This document shows positions 27,025 to 40,484 of a stretch of DNA of 64,000 bases, piece by piece (within the stretch, counting starts at the first letter, position 1; every line of letters begins with the position of its first letter). The notes under the pieces are model-generated. The model saw only the letters and a list, made by a program, of their open reading frames with translations, was not told the DNA's origin and did no database searches. The position numbers and the translations under genes are program-made. The DNA is from Basidiobolus meristosporus CBS 931.73. Its lineage: Eukaryota > Fungi > Basidiobolomycota. The stretch spans positions 4,164-68,163 of the forward strand of contig MCFE01000482.1 in the NCBI GenBank assembly GCA_002104905.1, in the 5' to 3' direction.

Positions 27025-27577
27025 AACAGTGTTCGGAAAAGAATTAATTTAAGGTTCATGGTGGTTCTGCTGTTTCTCGCTGTGATTTCCGGATAGAGCG
27101 TTGAACCCCAAACATTCCCAATCCACATGTCGCCAGTGATTCAAGCATCTATCGCCATTGAGAAGGTGATATAATGATATCACCTATATATCGTCATTCT
27201 CGTCCTGAAATAAGTCATGATTTGCCAGAAATAGCTCCATTTCTGTTTGTTTAGAATGGGTATCGGTTATCTTGTTAATTGGTACATAGACAATGGCCAC
27301 AGATGATTGGAAACAACTTACTGATTATATGTATAGGTGGTTTCAAACATTTCTCGACGCCCAATCATTACTATCGGGATCGACGTATGTGCTGAGATTT
27401 CACATAAAATAAACCTAAATCCCCTTGGGGACTTCCTGAATCTATACCTGCTGCCACTTGTCTAACCATTCTTTGAATCAGAGGCGCATCCCGTTAGCTA
27501 ATTTAGTTCCACCTTTTCTGAGCGCAGAGTGAGCAGAGTCTATCACCCATTTTTCCCGCTTATTTCATTTCACAACA

Positions 27578-30266
27578 ATGTCCGACTCCAAAGACACAGC
27601 AGACAATATGCAAATCGCCTCCTTCGTATCTTCGTTGGTGTTCAACGTTGCCGTCGCTGGTGCGCTATACCTTGCCTTCGCCGTTTTGCGCCACAGCGAT
27701 AGCAGCGTGTACGAGCCTCGCACGTACATGGTGGCGGAGGAAAAGCGCCCGCCCAAACTCTCCAGATCCCCTATATCGTGGATCACAAATGTGTTCAAAA
27801 CGAAGGATCGGATACTGTTGCATCGTGTTGGCCTCGATGCATACATGTTCCTGAGGTTCATGAGGTCGAGCTTCTTTTTGTTCGCCATCTTCACCTTTTT
27901 CGGCTACTGCATCTTACTTCCGCTGAATGCTGTCGCCCCCAATAAGGATCTGACGGAGATCCTGAAGTACGGAACCGGTAATGTGTTGTTGCACAGAAGA
28001 CTTTGGGGACACATCGTTCTGAGTTTCTTGTATACGGGTAAGTTACACTCGGCCTGCTTTTGTTGTGGAAATTCATATTAACCGCTTCTCCATGATCTAG
28101 GCCTCACGTTATATCTGATATATCGCGAATCAAAGGAGTACGTTCATCTACGTCAGAGATATCTAATGAGCACCGAGCACCAGAACACCGTCATGGCGTC
28201 CACCATTCTTGTTACAGGGATCCCCCACAACACCAACAACATCGAGACCCTGAGAGAAATGTTCGACGTGTTTCCTGGTGGGGTTCGGTACGTCTGTATC
28301 AACAGAAACATCAAAAACTTGGAAAAAGATGTCAACAAGCGAACAGGCCTCGTTGCGAAGCTTGAGGCGGCGGAAACCAAACTCATCAAGGCAAACTTCA
28401 AGGATCCTAGCAAACAGCCGACGCGACCCACCCACAGCACCAGTCTAATCCCCTGCTGTGGCCAAAAGGTGGACTCGATTGAACAGTACCGCGAGGAACT
28501 GGCCCAAATGAACCAAGTGATTACCCTAAAACAGAAGAACCTGGACCAGTTCCCTACGGAGTCGTCCGCGTTCATTACCTTCAACAACCAGCTTGCCGCT
28601 CACTTGGCTGCCCAATCCTTAGCACATAATAGTCCCTTGGCCATGGAAGCCAAGTACGTCGAAGTGAGCCCAGATGATATCGTCTGGAGTAACCTGAGCA
28701 TGTTTTCCCTGGAACGCTCAATTCGCAGACTCATATCGCTTACCATCATTATTGCATTGGTCATTCTTTGGGTGATCCCGGTCGCATTCGTTCAAGGTAT
28801 TGCCAATCTTGATAAACTGGTGGAGATATTGCCATTCCTCTCAGTTATCAACACATGGCCTGCCTCTGTGAAGGGTATAATTTCTGGTGTTCTGCCATCA
28901 ATTGCCTTAGCAGTATTAATGGCGGTTCTGCCAATTATCCTACGAATGCTGATCCAATTCGAAGGAACAGTGAGACGCACGGACATTGAGCTTTCTTTGA
29001 TGAACAAGTACTTCTTCTTCTTATTCGTCAACGTTTTCCTCGTCACCCTGTTCTCCGGACCCATCTATAGTGTCTTTGGCAGAGGTAGTGATATCGCCCT
29101 TGATGCAAACACCGTGGTCCAACAGATAGCGCAAAATATACCCAAAGCGTCCGTCTTCTTTATCTCCTACGTTCTCTTGCAAACATTTATTGGATCCGGC
29201 AAGGAGATCCTACAGGCTGTCCCTTTGATTATACGCTACCTCATGAGATTCGTGTTGGCGAGTACCCCACGTAAATTGAGCAATCTTGAGGCACTGCCAG
29301 GCTTTGTGTGGGGAACCGCGTTTCCTCAACATACGCTAATCTTTGTTGTTGGTAAGAATTTGCTGCTCAATAGGCATATAATAGTTACCGTTTCTAATTG
29401 ATTTCTTGGTTGTAGGTATGGCCTTTGCCACCATTGCACCAATCCTAATGATCTTCATTGCTGCCTATTTCGGACTGTACTATTTGGTGTACTCACATCA
29501 GTTTCAGTATGTGTATGGCAGTAACACCGCCCAAACTGGCGGCCTCTTTTTCCCACGTGCGGTGAATCACATGCTCACTGGGCTCTACATGTTCCATGTT
29601 TGTCTGATATGCCAGTTCTTCTTCCAAAAGGCTGTACCTCAAGGCATCGTTCAGGTAGTGCTTCTAATCCTCACGGTTCTTATCCACCTATTCGGTAAGC
29701 GTGGGTTCAAACCGTTGCTGAAATACCTACCCTTAAACATCGCCTTGGATCCAACTCCGCTTGGCCTTGCCGAGGGAAATAGCGCCCTTATGAATGGCGA
29801 GAGTGGACATACCGGATCTGAGAATATCGACCTAGAGAGACAAGGGTTCATTCAAGATCAGCAACCGATGCCGAACGGTTACCAGGAAAAGGGGGATCAC
29901 GAGGCACATAACCAAGCATCGCCTACTGTGCCAAACCAAGACGCGAACATCGTATCGCCTAAAAAAGAAAAACTGGAAGCACCCGATTCCACGAGTACTA
30001 CCCGATCCTCTAAGCGTAGACAAGCCTTTTCGTATTCTGTGCATGATGGCCAAGACGAAGCTTACCTTCACCCGGCACTAAGAGACCCAGTCCCTACCGT
30101 CTGGCTACCGCAAGACTCAGTCGGCTTATCCGACCGAGAGGTGTACTCATTAGATAGACAGGATATACCTGCTACTAATGAAGGTGCGCATCTTGACGAA
30201 GAGAAAGGTCATATTGTGCTCACTAAATTCGATGGTCCACCCACTGTCGCGGAGCCACAACCATAG
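27578..30266 (+). CDS. CSC1: CSC1/OSCA/TMEM63 (RSN1-like) calcium-permeable stress-gated channel; three exons
   Basis: VYEPRTY, GLDAYMFLRF, SAFITFNNQ.AAH.AAQ, PDDIVWSNL, FLFVNVFLV, YSHQFQYVY, TGGLFFPRAVNH. Confidence 0.92.
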
Positions 30267-30800
30267 AGAATCGCAAATGATACATGTATCTAATTAGTAA
30301 TCTACCCATCATTTTGTAATAAAGACGATATAATACAGTACTGGCACCGGACCTCGTCTTACGTGGGTGGAGGTGGGCAAGGTGGAAAATTAAATGGCAG
30401 AATCATCGAGAACCGCGCAAGCCCATAAAAGGAATGATGGGTTGCTAAGGAATCCAAACACGAGTGTTTTCCTGCCACTAAGCAAACATGAGGTTGGTTT
30501 TGTGAGGGGGGGGAATGGAATCGGCAACAGAAACAATGACAGAGGTTCTCATTCGTTACCTAATTTGCTGAGTTTATAATATTAACTGTTTAACAAAATT
30601 CCCAAATATATCCGACACCATCCAAATCGATCAGCCCAAAGTAATGAGTCCTGGACACAATTTAGACTAAAAAGGCGAGGGTGGAAATAGAGTGAAAAGG
30701 GATTCGTTGAGTGCTGCGAGATCGCCTTAAACCACTATTTCAGCGGGAATTTAGAAAAGTTTCCTCTCTGAGCTCTCTTTTCTTTTTTCACACAACGTCT

Positions 30801-31244
30801 ATGTACAATTCAACCCGCACACATCCGGTCCTCCCGCCATTTGGTGTGTTCAAAGTCTCTGAGGTTTCTTCTGCCCCAGCCCCTAATCACTACACGGTAC
30901 ATTCTGTTGACCCCCAGCATCCCTCACCTTTTCATCCCAGCGCAGTGGGTAGAGGGATCAGCCAGGCCGCGCAACTGCCGCTACAGCAAGTGAGGCATAA
31001 TAGCGGTTATGATTACCCCCCGTTGATAGCGCCTCTACCACCACATCGCTCCGTCCCAGACCTGAGAGAACGGGAGAACTACGACATGGTCGCCGACAGA
31101 AGAAGGGTTTTCCAGGAAGAAGAGAACGAGAAGATCTATCAGGTCAGAGAGCTCACTTCGTTTCCCCCAAGGAGACGTGCACTTCACTAACCCAACTTGC
31201 TCCTTTAGGCCGCGCGCATTCTCATCAACCTCTCGTCTAGTTAA
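30801..31244 (+). CDS. Hypothetical Pro-rich protein ending ...YQ|AARILINLSSS (intron about 31143-31208)
   Basis: Open frame from ATG 30801 with a GT..AG intron and a short terminal exon. Confidence 0.5.
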
Positions 31245-32117
31245 CTCGTAGTGCCTTGGTCCGTAGTACGGTTGGAATACTCTGCCGTCCTCTCAAAAAG
31301 AACAAAACATCAAAATCCCCTCGGCTCCGCCATTTGATTGTACATATTTGATTCATTTTATCCCCTCCCCCTTGCCCACTTCACCTTCACGCACGCAAGC
31401 TTACCACCACACATTGCAATCATCAAGTCCAGTTGTAATTTGAAAGTGGCATTCTGTCACACTCCCCTAGCTATCTAAATTCCCTTTTGTCAAGTATAAA
31501 TCATGGATTCAATTTGAAAACCCTGTTCATCATCAAGTGGAAAGGAGGGAGATCGATATTGGGCATCTTCAACCATGCACTCTAAAATGGGTCAGGTGTC
31601 GCCGAGGTGATCGACCACCCCTCTAAGAACAAAAACGCCGGCAGAAAAGCAACCAACTGTTTATGGCAATGGACACCTGATTGGGTTGACTTTCCAATGG
31701 ACATTCCATCTATAGACTGGGCAATATAGAAGAAACCACCCAAGTTGCGATTTTTTTTTCGAAATCCATATCAGCCAAGAGCATGACAAAACAAGCCATC
31801 CCCTGCTTCCTTCGACCACCGTGCAATCTAATTTTGGCCGCGAGGTGGTGATTAGCTGTTATTGGGTGACTTGATCGAATCCGGTGGAACTGTTCTCTTG
31901 GTGGACCTTCGACACCCCCGTCTGGTATCCAATGGGACGTGGTTAACTTGGGTGGTTAGGAATAAGCAGATTGATTAAGATAGGCAAAATTTATTTACAC
32001 GGATGGTGAGTACGAGGCAAAATTACAAGATGTACGTGAGATGCTTTGAAGGTCCTATTTCACAGGGCGGTATAATCTATTTCCTGGGCCGGTGCCGGAT
32101 CAGGTGGACGCGGTGGA

Positions 32118-32405
32118 TCATTTCCAGTACGAGGCGTCGACGCGCTTGCGAAGATAGGTGAGCATACCGTTGTAGCGCTGATGTAGTCGGCGGTGGTATT
32201 CTCGCACCCGAGCGTCCGTTTTGTGGTCGAAGGGTGGTTCCCGTTCCTCGTCTTCGAATTCCACCTCCCAGTCGGAGTCGCTGCACACACTTTCAGGTGG
32301 GGAGAGTGGGTCGTGATTGACGTGGTTGACATTGCTGAGCAGGAAGGACTTTTCGTCGAGGTGTCGGACGACTTCACCGAAAGATTCAGTCACGATCTCA
32401 ATCAT
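32118..32405 (-). CDS. Hypothetical 95-aa protein
   Basis: ORF with TATAAAT about 60 nt upstream and an acidic-then-basic composition. No recognised domain. Confidence 0.45.
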   Translation of the reverse strand: MIEIVTESFGEVVRHLDEKSFLLSNVNHVNHDPLSPPESVCSDSDWEVEFEDEEREPPFDHKTDARVREYHRRLHQRYNGMLTYLRKRVDASYWK

Positions 32406-33452
32406 GTCGGAGAGTAAATGATGCAGCGGGGATGACGGGTGGTTCGGGAAGCTGTCCGTCGTATTTATATTGGTGTCGCTCTCCAGGTCTTAAACCTTAC
32501 TAGGAAATTCTTTATCAAGATTACGTGAATCATCAAGCACAAACTCCAAGCCGTGCTTCTATCTATATCCACCTCGTAATAGATTCCATAAATTAAATCT
32601 CGCCTGTCATCGCGGTTGATTGGCCTAATGCCACCTTGTTGGGATATAAATACTGGGGCCAATCAGAGGACTCCTTGTCAGGGATCGAAAGCAACCAGCA
32701 TTGACTTGCCTGTAACGGGAGCTGTTTCAATGTGTGACAGCTTAGGACATTTGCCAGACATCCCCCAAAGTCCGTTAAGCGTCTCGTTAACAGTGTGTGA
32801 AGTCACCCGTTGATAAGCGGTCCCCCAACTGATACAAGGATAGCCTCAAGTGGCGTTCGATCCCCGTCCGGCGGGTATTGGCCCGTACCGGATATATCGT
32901 GCGTGATGGTCGAGTTCGGATATAAACATGTTAATTATTGCCATTAAGTTACATATTGTGTCCCCAGACGAAAATGGGAATCGTGCATGGATTGAACTTT
33001 CCTTTACTCAATCAGCATTCTTGCGTACTTTCCCAAACTGTGACCCACGTCCCATCCACCGATAAGATTGCGTATGGGTGGGTGTGGACCAGGTATCCGG
33101 GGGTCCCACGGTCGATGATTGGGTGGGGGCTGTTTAGATTTCTGGTTGCTTTAAGTGGAGTATCGAGCTGAATGGTCCATTCTGCTTAATTTATGCGGGT
33201 CGCGTTGTTACCACGTAGGTTGGTTTACGTTATGCCAAGTGGTTTACCTAATCAGAATAGGTTCGCGTTGTTTACCAGGTCATTGGGTGGACGAAATCAA
33301 ATACCAACAGAATGGGATTATTGCATTGAACTTTGTTTGTTTATAGGCCATATACTCCCGTGTTGGAAGAAATTGAAAGTAATTTGTGACAGGGGGGTTG
33401 GGAAGAAAGCGTGTCGACAGTGGGTTTGAACGTTCTATGAGGGGGAGAGGGT

Positions 33453-34779
<1,327 letters not shown>

Positions 34780-35488
34780 GGTTGCACAACAAGTATGTAT
34801 ATTTGTTTCTTGTTGTCACGTAAGTAGTTGAGCAAACCAAATCGTTGAAGAACGTATGCTCTATCAAAAGAAGAAAACTCTCATTAACAAAGGAACCCGA
34901 CTGAACTTGAAAGGCCGAAGCGATCCGGTACACTATGGATTGCTTGGGGGAAAGTGCAAACACACGCGCACCTCTTGGAAATAAGGTAATAAAGCAAAAG
35001 AAAACCACTCACACCAAAACTCAACTAGTACGGAGCAAAGGGCCAGAAAGCTTTCCTCTGGTGTTAAGAGCAACGATGTGCCGGTGGTGGGCGAATGAGA
35101 AGGGATGATTCTAGAAATGCTGATGAATTTGTTCCCCATCCATGGTCCACCTTGACCAGGATTTTTTTCACGGATTTTTTCATCTGCTCTCCCTGTGCTG
35201 GCCAGCAATTTTTTTCGGACGTTTTGCAGAACCTGCTAATCCAAACAAACCACACACTCTACACAAACACAAACACAAACACAAACGCATACACATACAC
35301 ACCCACCCACACACTCGCGTACTCCTACACCATTCGTTCAAGCACGAGTCCACCATCCCATTCCTAACCCGCTCATATGAATAGAAATGATTCGAGATAT
35401 TGTACAGAAACTTCTAATACTGGAATGATTTATTGGGAAGCTAAGAGGACAAGTCCAATCTCGTGTTAACCGTCGAGCGTAGAGATGA

Positions 35489-35677
35489 TTATTGTTGAGA
35501 TTCCTTGGCAGCTCTAACGGCAGCTTGGGTACCCTTCTTGGCGAAACGCTGGTTACGAAGGAACTTGGGGTCAACACCGCGGAGGGAAGGGTGACGTTGG
35601 GCCTTGGGCTTCTTGATACCGTTGCGGTGAGCCTTGCGGTTTTGGTTGTGGTTGGTGTGGTTCTTGGACTTGGCCAT
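35489..35677 (-). CDS. RPL29: 60S ribosomal protein L29 (eL29); 5'UTR intron likely about 35774-35687
   Basis: [24 protein letters not shown]...[16 protein letters not shown]. Confidence 0.97.
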   Translation of the reverse strand: MAKSKNHTNHNQNRKAHRNGIKKPKAQRHPSLRGVDPKFLRNQRFAKKGTQAAVRAAKESQQ

Positions 35678-35987
35678 TTTGCTTAGCTAGAGAACGGGTT
35701 GGATGATGAGTACGCGTGGAGGTTGGGATGGATGAATCACAACCACCCGGATCGATGCATGGTCGTGAGCTTACCTGGACTGGAGTCGGTAGCGAAAAAG
35801 AAGGATCCCTTCGGTAAACGAGATATTTTTATTTTCCCCCGAGGATCCTGAAAAAAAGAATGCAGGGGGGGTTGGGGGAGTTGGTGATGATGGGTCAATG
35901 AAAATTTGGTCCGCTCTGTATTGATTCTTTATTGATTTTGGTTGGGTGGTGGGCTGGTCGGCTGGTCGGCTGGTCGGCTGGTCACCC

Positions 35988-37422
35988 TTAATTCTCTTGA
36001 TCCCACCTGGATTGCCTGGTGTCGGACTGGTCTTCCCGGGCCGCACGTCGCGGACTGCTTTCTCTATGTTTACGCGAAGATCTGTCGCTTGGGCTGTAGG
36101 ATCTACTGCGGCTACGGCGTCTGCCGGATCTCCGGTCACGTCTTCGCTCCCGGCTGGGGCTTCTCTCAAGACGGTACTTGGGTGGGCTTTTGTTTCTCTC
36201 TTCCCTTCTCCTGTCGCGCGAGCCGCTCCGATTGCGTCTGGGTCGGTGGTCAGGGCTACGCCTTGCTCGATCTCGGCGGTCCCTGTCTTCCCGAGCAACC
36301 TAGGTAAGAATGCTTGGGTTTAGACATGATGTGCCACCTCACCGGTTCATCCGCCGCGACCCCTACCTTTCTCTCTCTCTTCTCGCGTTCCCTGGTGCGA
36401 TCGAGGTCCTCTCTGTCCCGTAGCTCCTTCTCCTTCCTCTCTCGAATCTGCTCCATGATCATCTCCTCCTCCGCCTGAAATCCATCCCCATTAGCAAACC
36501 AGGGCCATCTCCCTTACAACGTCGGGGCCTAACCCTACCTTTTTCCTTCGCAGCTCCTCTTTTTTCTGTTCGAGGAATTCCCCGGGGATTCCACCGATGC
36601 TGTCCTGGGCACTGAGCAGGAGCTTCCACAGCTCCAGCACGAAGCCCTGCGTCTTGGACTCCAGGAACCCGGTCAGGTTGATCTGCATGCTCTTCGCGTC
36701 AAGGTCCTGTGAAGTGGAAGTGGAAGTGGCCAGGTCAGCTTATTGTCGTCGCCTACGTCTCGCCTCTATTGTGAAACCACTTACGTCCTGTTCCAACAGG
36801 CTAAACACGAAGTCTATCACCACCTCGTCCTCCATCCCGAGTATGCTGGTGACTCTGTTCGTGATCCAAGGTTTCATGACCGCCAGGTTTACCTTCTTGA
36901 TGTCCACCTGAACGCCGGGGGGTGGGTGGCGGGAAAAGAAAAAAAAAGCCAAACGAATAGGTTATTACGAGGACAGGGGTATTCTTCGAGAGAACCAGAA
37001 AGTCTCAAGTACTCTAGCCGCACGAACGGGTGGAACTTGGTGGCGCAAGTCAAGGCCAAGGTCAAGGTCAAGGTCCGGTGGTGGTAAGAGGCAATTCCGA
37101 ACCGACCCATACCCCACGATCAACCTTGTGGTGCACGGAATTTCGGGAAGGCAAGGTTCGAAAGCGTTTAGCGTCGACGAAGCTAAGAGTACCCAAGCGT
37201 TTTCGGGGGGAGGGACGAGCTTGTGCGCTTACCTTTTTTTTGAACTCCGGTGGGAAGCTCATCGACTTCAACAGCTTCTTCTCCTTGTTGCTGAACCGGC
37301 TATCCTGCTCGGCGCTGGTTCCCTAAACGACGGGGTGGTGGTGGTGGTGGGGTTAGCGTTCGGGTTTGGCTGAGTGGGTCTTGGTGAAACGGTCGTACTT
37401 TGAAAAATCCTGCGTCCCCCAT
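35988..37422 (-). CDS. SRRM1: PWI-domain RS-rich splicing factor (SRm160/SRRM1-like), multi-exon
   Basis: MGDAGFFK|GTSAEQDSRFSNKEKKLLK, VDIKKVNL.VMKPWI, QINLTGFL, LWKLLLSAQ, then an RS-rich last exon ending TAA at 35988. Confidence 0.88.
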
Positions 37423-38113
37423 GGTACGTTGTGAAGCGGTTTGTGACTACGGTGGAAGTTGAGGCCGAGGCTAAAGCTGCGCTTACGCTTACGCTTACGG
37501 TTACTGCTACGATGAGAGTAGGGTTGGGTTGTACGTGATAAGGGTGGATTCGAGCCAGATGATATCCAAGAAAATCGGCCAAATCCCTGCGATCCAATCG
37601 TTACGTTGGATTAATCAGTATCCCGGGCTGGTTTTGGGTCCCATAACTCAGTATCCACCGAATCCCCTTTATAAACCTCCCTCCCGACACCAGGGGGTTC
37701 CCTTAAAAAGGGCCAGTGGCGAGTCAATGCCACGTAGCATGCATTGTGCACTACGCTGAATCGACATCAAGAGATTTTGCTGGCATAATTTTTTTAAATT
37801 GACGGCCTTCTGGCTTCGCTCTGAGCTAAGGCCGTCTTCACCACCAATCATCAGTAGGGCAGTGAGATGCAGTGAGGGATTAATTCGGTTGAACTTGCGG
37901 GAACCTACCCTACCGTTCCAACCTCTCGGATCGGGGATTTCTCAGGTTGAGGTGATGTATGGGGATCTGATCTCGGGCATAAGGTGTCGTGGATTGCCAG
38001 CGCACAGAGCTTCGGAGAGTTCTCATCGTTGCGACATGGTTCAATGGTATAAATGGCATGGTTGGCCCCTCTCATCCAAATAGTATTCTTCTTTCGGTCC
38101 AAACCCAACATTG

Positions 38114-39202
38114 ATGAGATCTTCGGCTGCTTGCACCATCCTCTACCTGTTAGTATCAGGCACCCAATGTCTGGCTGGTCCGGTCGATGTGAAAGCCCTG
38201 AAATCCCTGGGCCACACGAGGCTTCTGAGCCATCCACGCCGTTGGCTGCAAACCCAATCCCACACGGTCTCCACGGCTGGCCAACCGTCGAGCAGCAAAA
38301 GATCCCATCCAAAGAAGAGAGATGTCCGCGGCGCGCGTAGAGCACCGAAAGTCAGCTCGACCGGCAAGGTGAAGTTCACCAGGGTCAATCACCACCTCCC
38401 CAGGAGGTCGAACCATCCCAACGCCCGTGGCTCCAATAGGTTGCCTAGAAGAAACCTTCATCCCCACCTGGATTCGAAGGAAACCGGCAGCGTACAACGG
38501 TTGGCGCGGAGACTGGTGAACAACAGACTGGTGGGTACCGATATCAAAGCATTGAAGCAGGGGAAAGCCCTCGACGCGAAAGTGAAAGCTCTCCAAGATG
38601 CCAACGAGAAGCCTGGTGTGGACGTTGCCGCACTTATCAAGAGGCAGTTGGGCCCCAAGTTGGTCGATGCCAAAGTGGTGGCTCTAACGAATGGGAAAAC
38701 CCTGGATGCCAAAGTCAAGGCCCTTCCGGATGACCAAGGTGAACCGGCGATTGACATCGACGCCCTTGTGAAGCGACAGTTGGTCGCCCCCATATCGGAG
38801 GGTAGCATGGATGGCTTGAGCGAGGAGGCCTCCGAGGCTAGGCCCGAGCCAATCCAGGGCGCGCCTTCCTTCGTGAAGCGGGGCCTAGGCGGTGACCTGA
38901 AGGACGGGAAGCTATTGAACGCAGATATCAAAGCCTTGAAGGACGCCACGGGGACGCACGCCGTCGACGTGGTCGCCATACTGAAGCGGGAAATCCAGGA
39001 GTTGCTTAGCACCGGTGCTAATGCTGACGAGGGCCTGGATCCCAAGATCGCTGATGGGGAGAGGCACCCCGATGCCCTGGTGAAGCGACTCCTGGGTGGC
39101 AACCTGCTCAGCTCCAGTATCGTGCGCTTGGGGGTTGGGAAGAGTTTATCGCTTAAGGTCAAGGCACTCAATGACCAGGTAAAGATCGATGCATCGCCTT
39201 AA
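38114..39202 (+). CDS. Secreted Kex2-processed repeat protein (KEP) precursor
   Basis: Signal-like N-terminus, basic pro-region and KR/RR-delimited repeats sharing GKxL-x-KVKAL and VDVxALxKR. TATAAAT at about 38048. Confidence 0.8.
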   Translation: MRSSAACTILYLLVSGTQCLAGPVDVKALKSLGHTRLLSHPRRWLQTQSHTVSTAGQPSSSKRSHPKKRDVRGARRAPKVSSTGKVKFTRVNHHLPRRSNHPNARGSNRLPRRNLHPHLDSKETGSVQRLARRLVNNRLVGTDIKALKQGKALDAKVKALQDANEKPGVDVAALIKRQLGPKLVDAKVVALTNGKTLDAKVKALPDDQGEPAIDIDALVKRQLVAPISEGSMDGLSEEASEARPEPIQGAPSFVKRGLGGDLKDGKLLNADIKALKDATGTHAVDVVAILKREIQELLSTGANADEGLDPKIADGERHPDALVKRLLGGNLLSSSIVRLGVGKSLSLKVKALNDQVKIDASP

Positions 39203-39389
39203 AGGGCGACGCCAACCCGTTGCCAGGCGGTCAGGTCCAAGTATATGCTGTAGTGGTCACCGCCTCAGCAAAGATTCACCATATACACATGGATGGTTAT
39301 TTAATAAATTATGCTGATTATGCGTGAGATGAAATCGTGTGACCGTGAACCGATCTGATTGCGATTTAGCCCTGGGTTTCCTGTCATCA

Positions 39390-39720
39390 ATGTGGAACGT
39401 CAAGTATCCCTTGGCTTACATCCAAATATTTCCATTTGCTTCGTCATCCCGATTGTCACTTCGCTCTTTGTTGGGATTCTCTTGGAATATTTCCCCCCAT
39501 GCCTGGTACCCACAACATCAGGATTCCCAAAGTTGCCCAAGAGCCCCCAAGACTTGCACACAGGCGCTTGATACCTTCCCTAACATATGTCACGTGCTGG
39601 CAAATGTATAACTCCCACTGTTACATCTGATCAATTGTTAAATGAGTCCACATTATCCACTGGCTCTCCCCGTCACTTCCAATGTCTCCAATACTCTCGC
39701 AGCAATAATCACTTCCCACA
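39390..39720 (+). repeat. Highly diverged relative of the copia LTR
   Basis: Patchy match to the LTR (ttgttgggatt..ggaatattt, ccaaagttg, tcacttccaat..ctccaa). Confidence 0.6.
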
Positions 39721-39785
39721 GCTCTCTAGACATAGGGTGCTTTGCGAAGCTCCAGGCTACTTGCAGGCCTTTTTGATGTGCTGGG

Positions 39786-40470
39786 TGTTGTAAGAGTTTT
39801 GGAGATATTGGAAGTGACTGGGAGAACAAGTAGGTTATGTGGTTTTCAGGTGATGATTGATTCAATGTAAAGGTAATATTTACACTCTTACCTTGTCTTG
39901 GCAAAACAAACACATGCAATATGCTCAGAAAGGTCCCAGGAGCATGTGTGTAAAATCTTGGGATACTTGGGCAACTTGGAGATTTCTAATGTTCTGAATA
40001 TCTCATGTTTTGGTGAGAATATTCAGGTAAATCCTAACAATGAATTTGGTCAGTATTCTCTAAGATTTGTAGGTAATGCTATTGATGACTCAGTCAAGTG
40101 AATACTTACGTGCAATTAAAAGACTTGCAACACTCCCACTCAACTAGTTACTCATAGTAACTAGTCCTAATTGCTATCTGAGATATCTGGATTTGTCTCT
40201 AGTTAAAGATTTAATAAATTTGTCTGCAATCCTTTCATCCATAGGACAGCAAGCTAAATTAACTAAGCTATTCTCTATAGTGTCATGTATGATATGATAT
40301 CTGATATCTCTGTGCTCAGCCCTAGCATGAAGAGTTTGATTGCTATTTAATTGTACACATACTTGATTGTCTTGAAATAATGTAGTAAGTGCTATTTGAC
40401 CTAAGCCCTTAAAAAGATTTATTGACCATATTGCTTGTTCTTTTGCCTCACATGCTGTCATATACTCTGC
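39786..40470 (-). mobile_element. Copia 3' end: LTR 39786-40132, PPT and RNaseH remnant
   Basis: TGTTGTAAG...GCAACA followed by CTCCCACT (PPT complement) and RNaseH-like ORF 40174-40461. Confidence 0.85.
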
Positions 40471-40484
40471 ATATGTACTGGGAA

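Noticed and set aside
32815-32890. tRNA-like GTTCGATCC box
   Set aside because: The flanking bases do not form a T-stem and no cloverleaf could be built.
35250-35312. (ACACAA)n/(AC)n run and the (GGCTGGTC)x4 repeat at about 35952-35983
   Set aside because: These are ordinary microsatellites with no spacer structure, so they are neither CRISPR nor telomeric.
35771-36298. 175-aa ORF listed in the track as a separate gene
   Set aside because: It is an alternative frame of the RS-rich last exon of the PWI gene.
38458-39171. 237-aa antisense ORF over the KEP gene
   Set aside because: It is a shadow of the GC-rich repetitive sense ORF and has no protein-like features.
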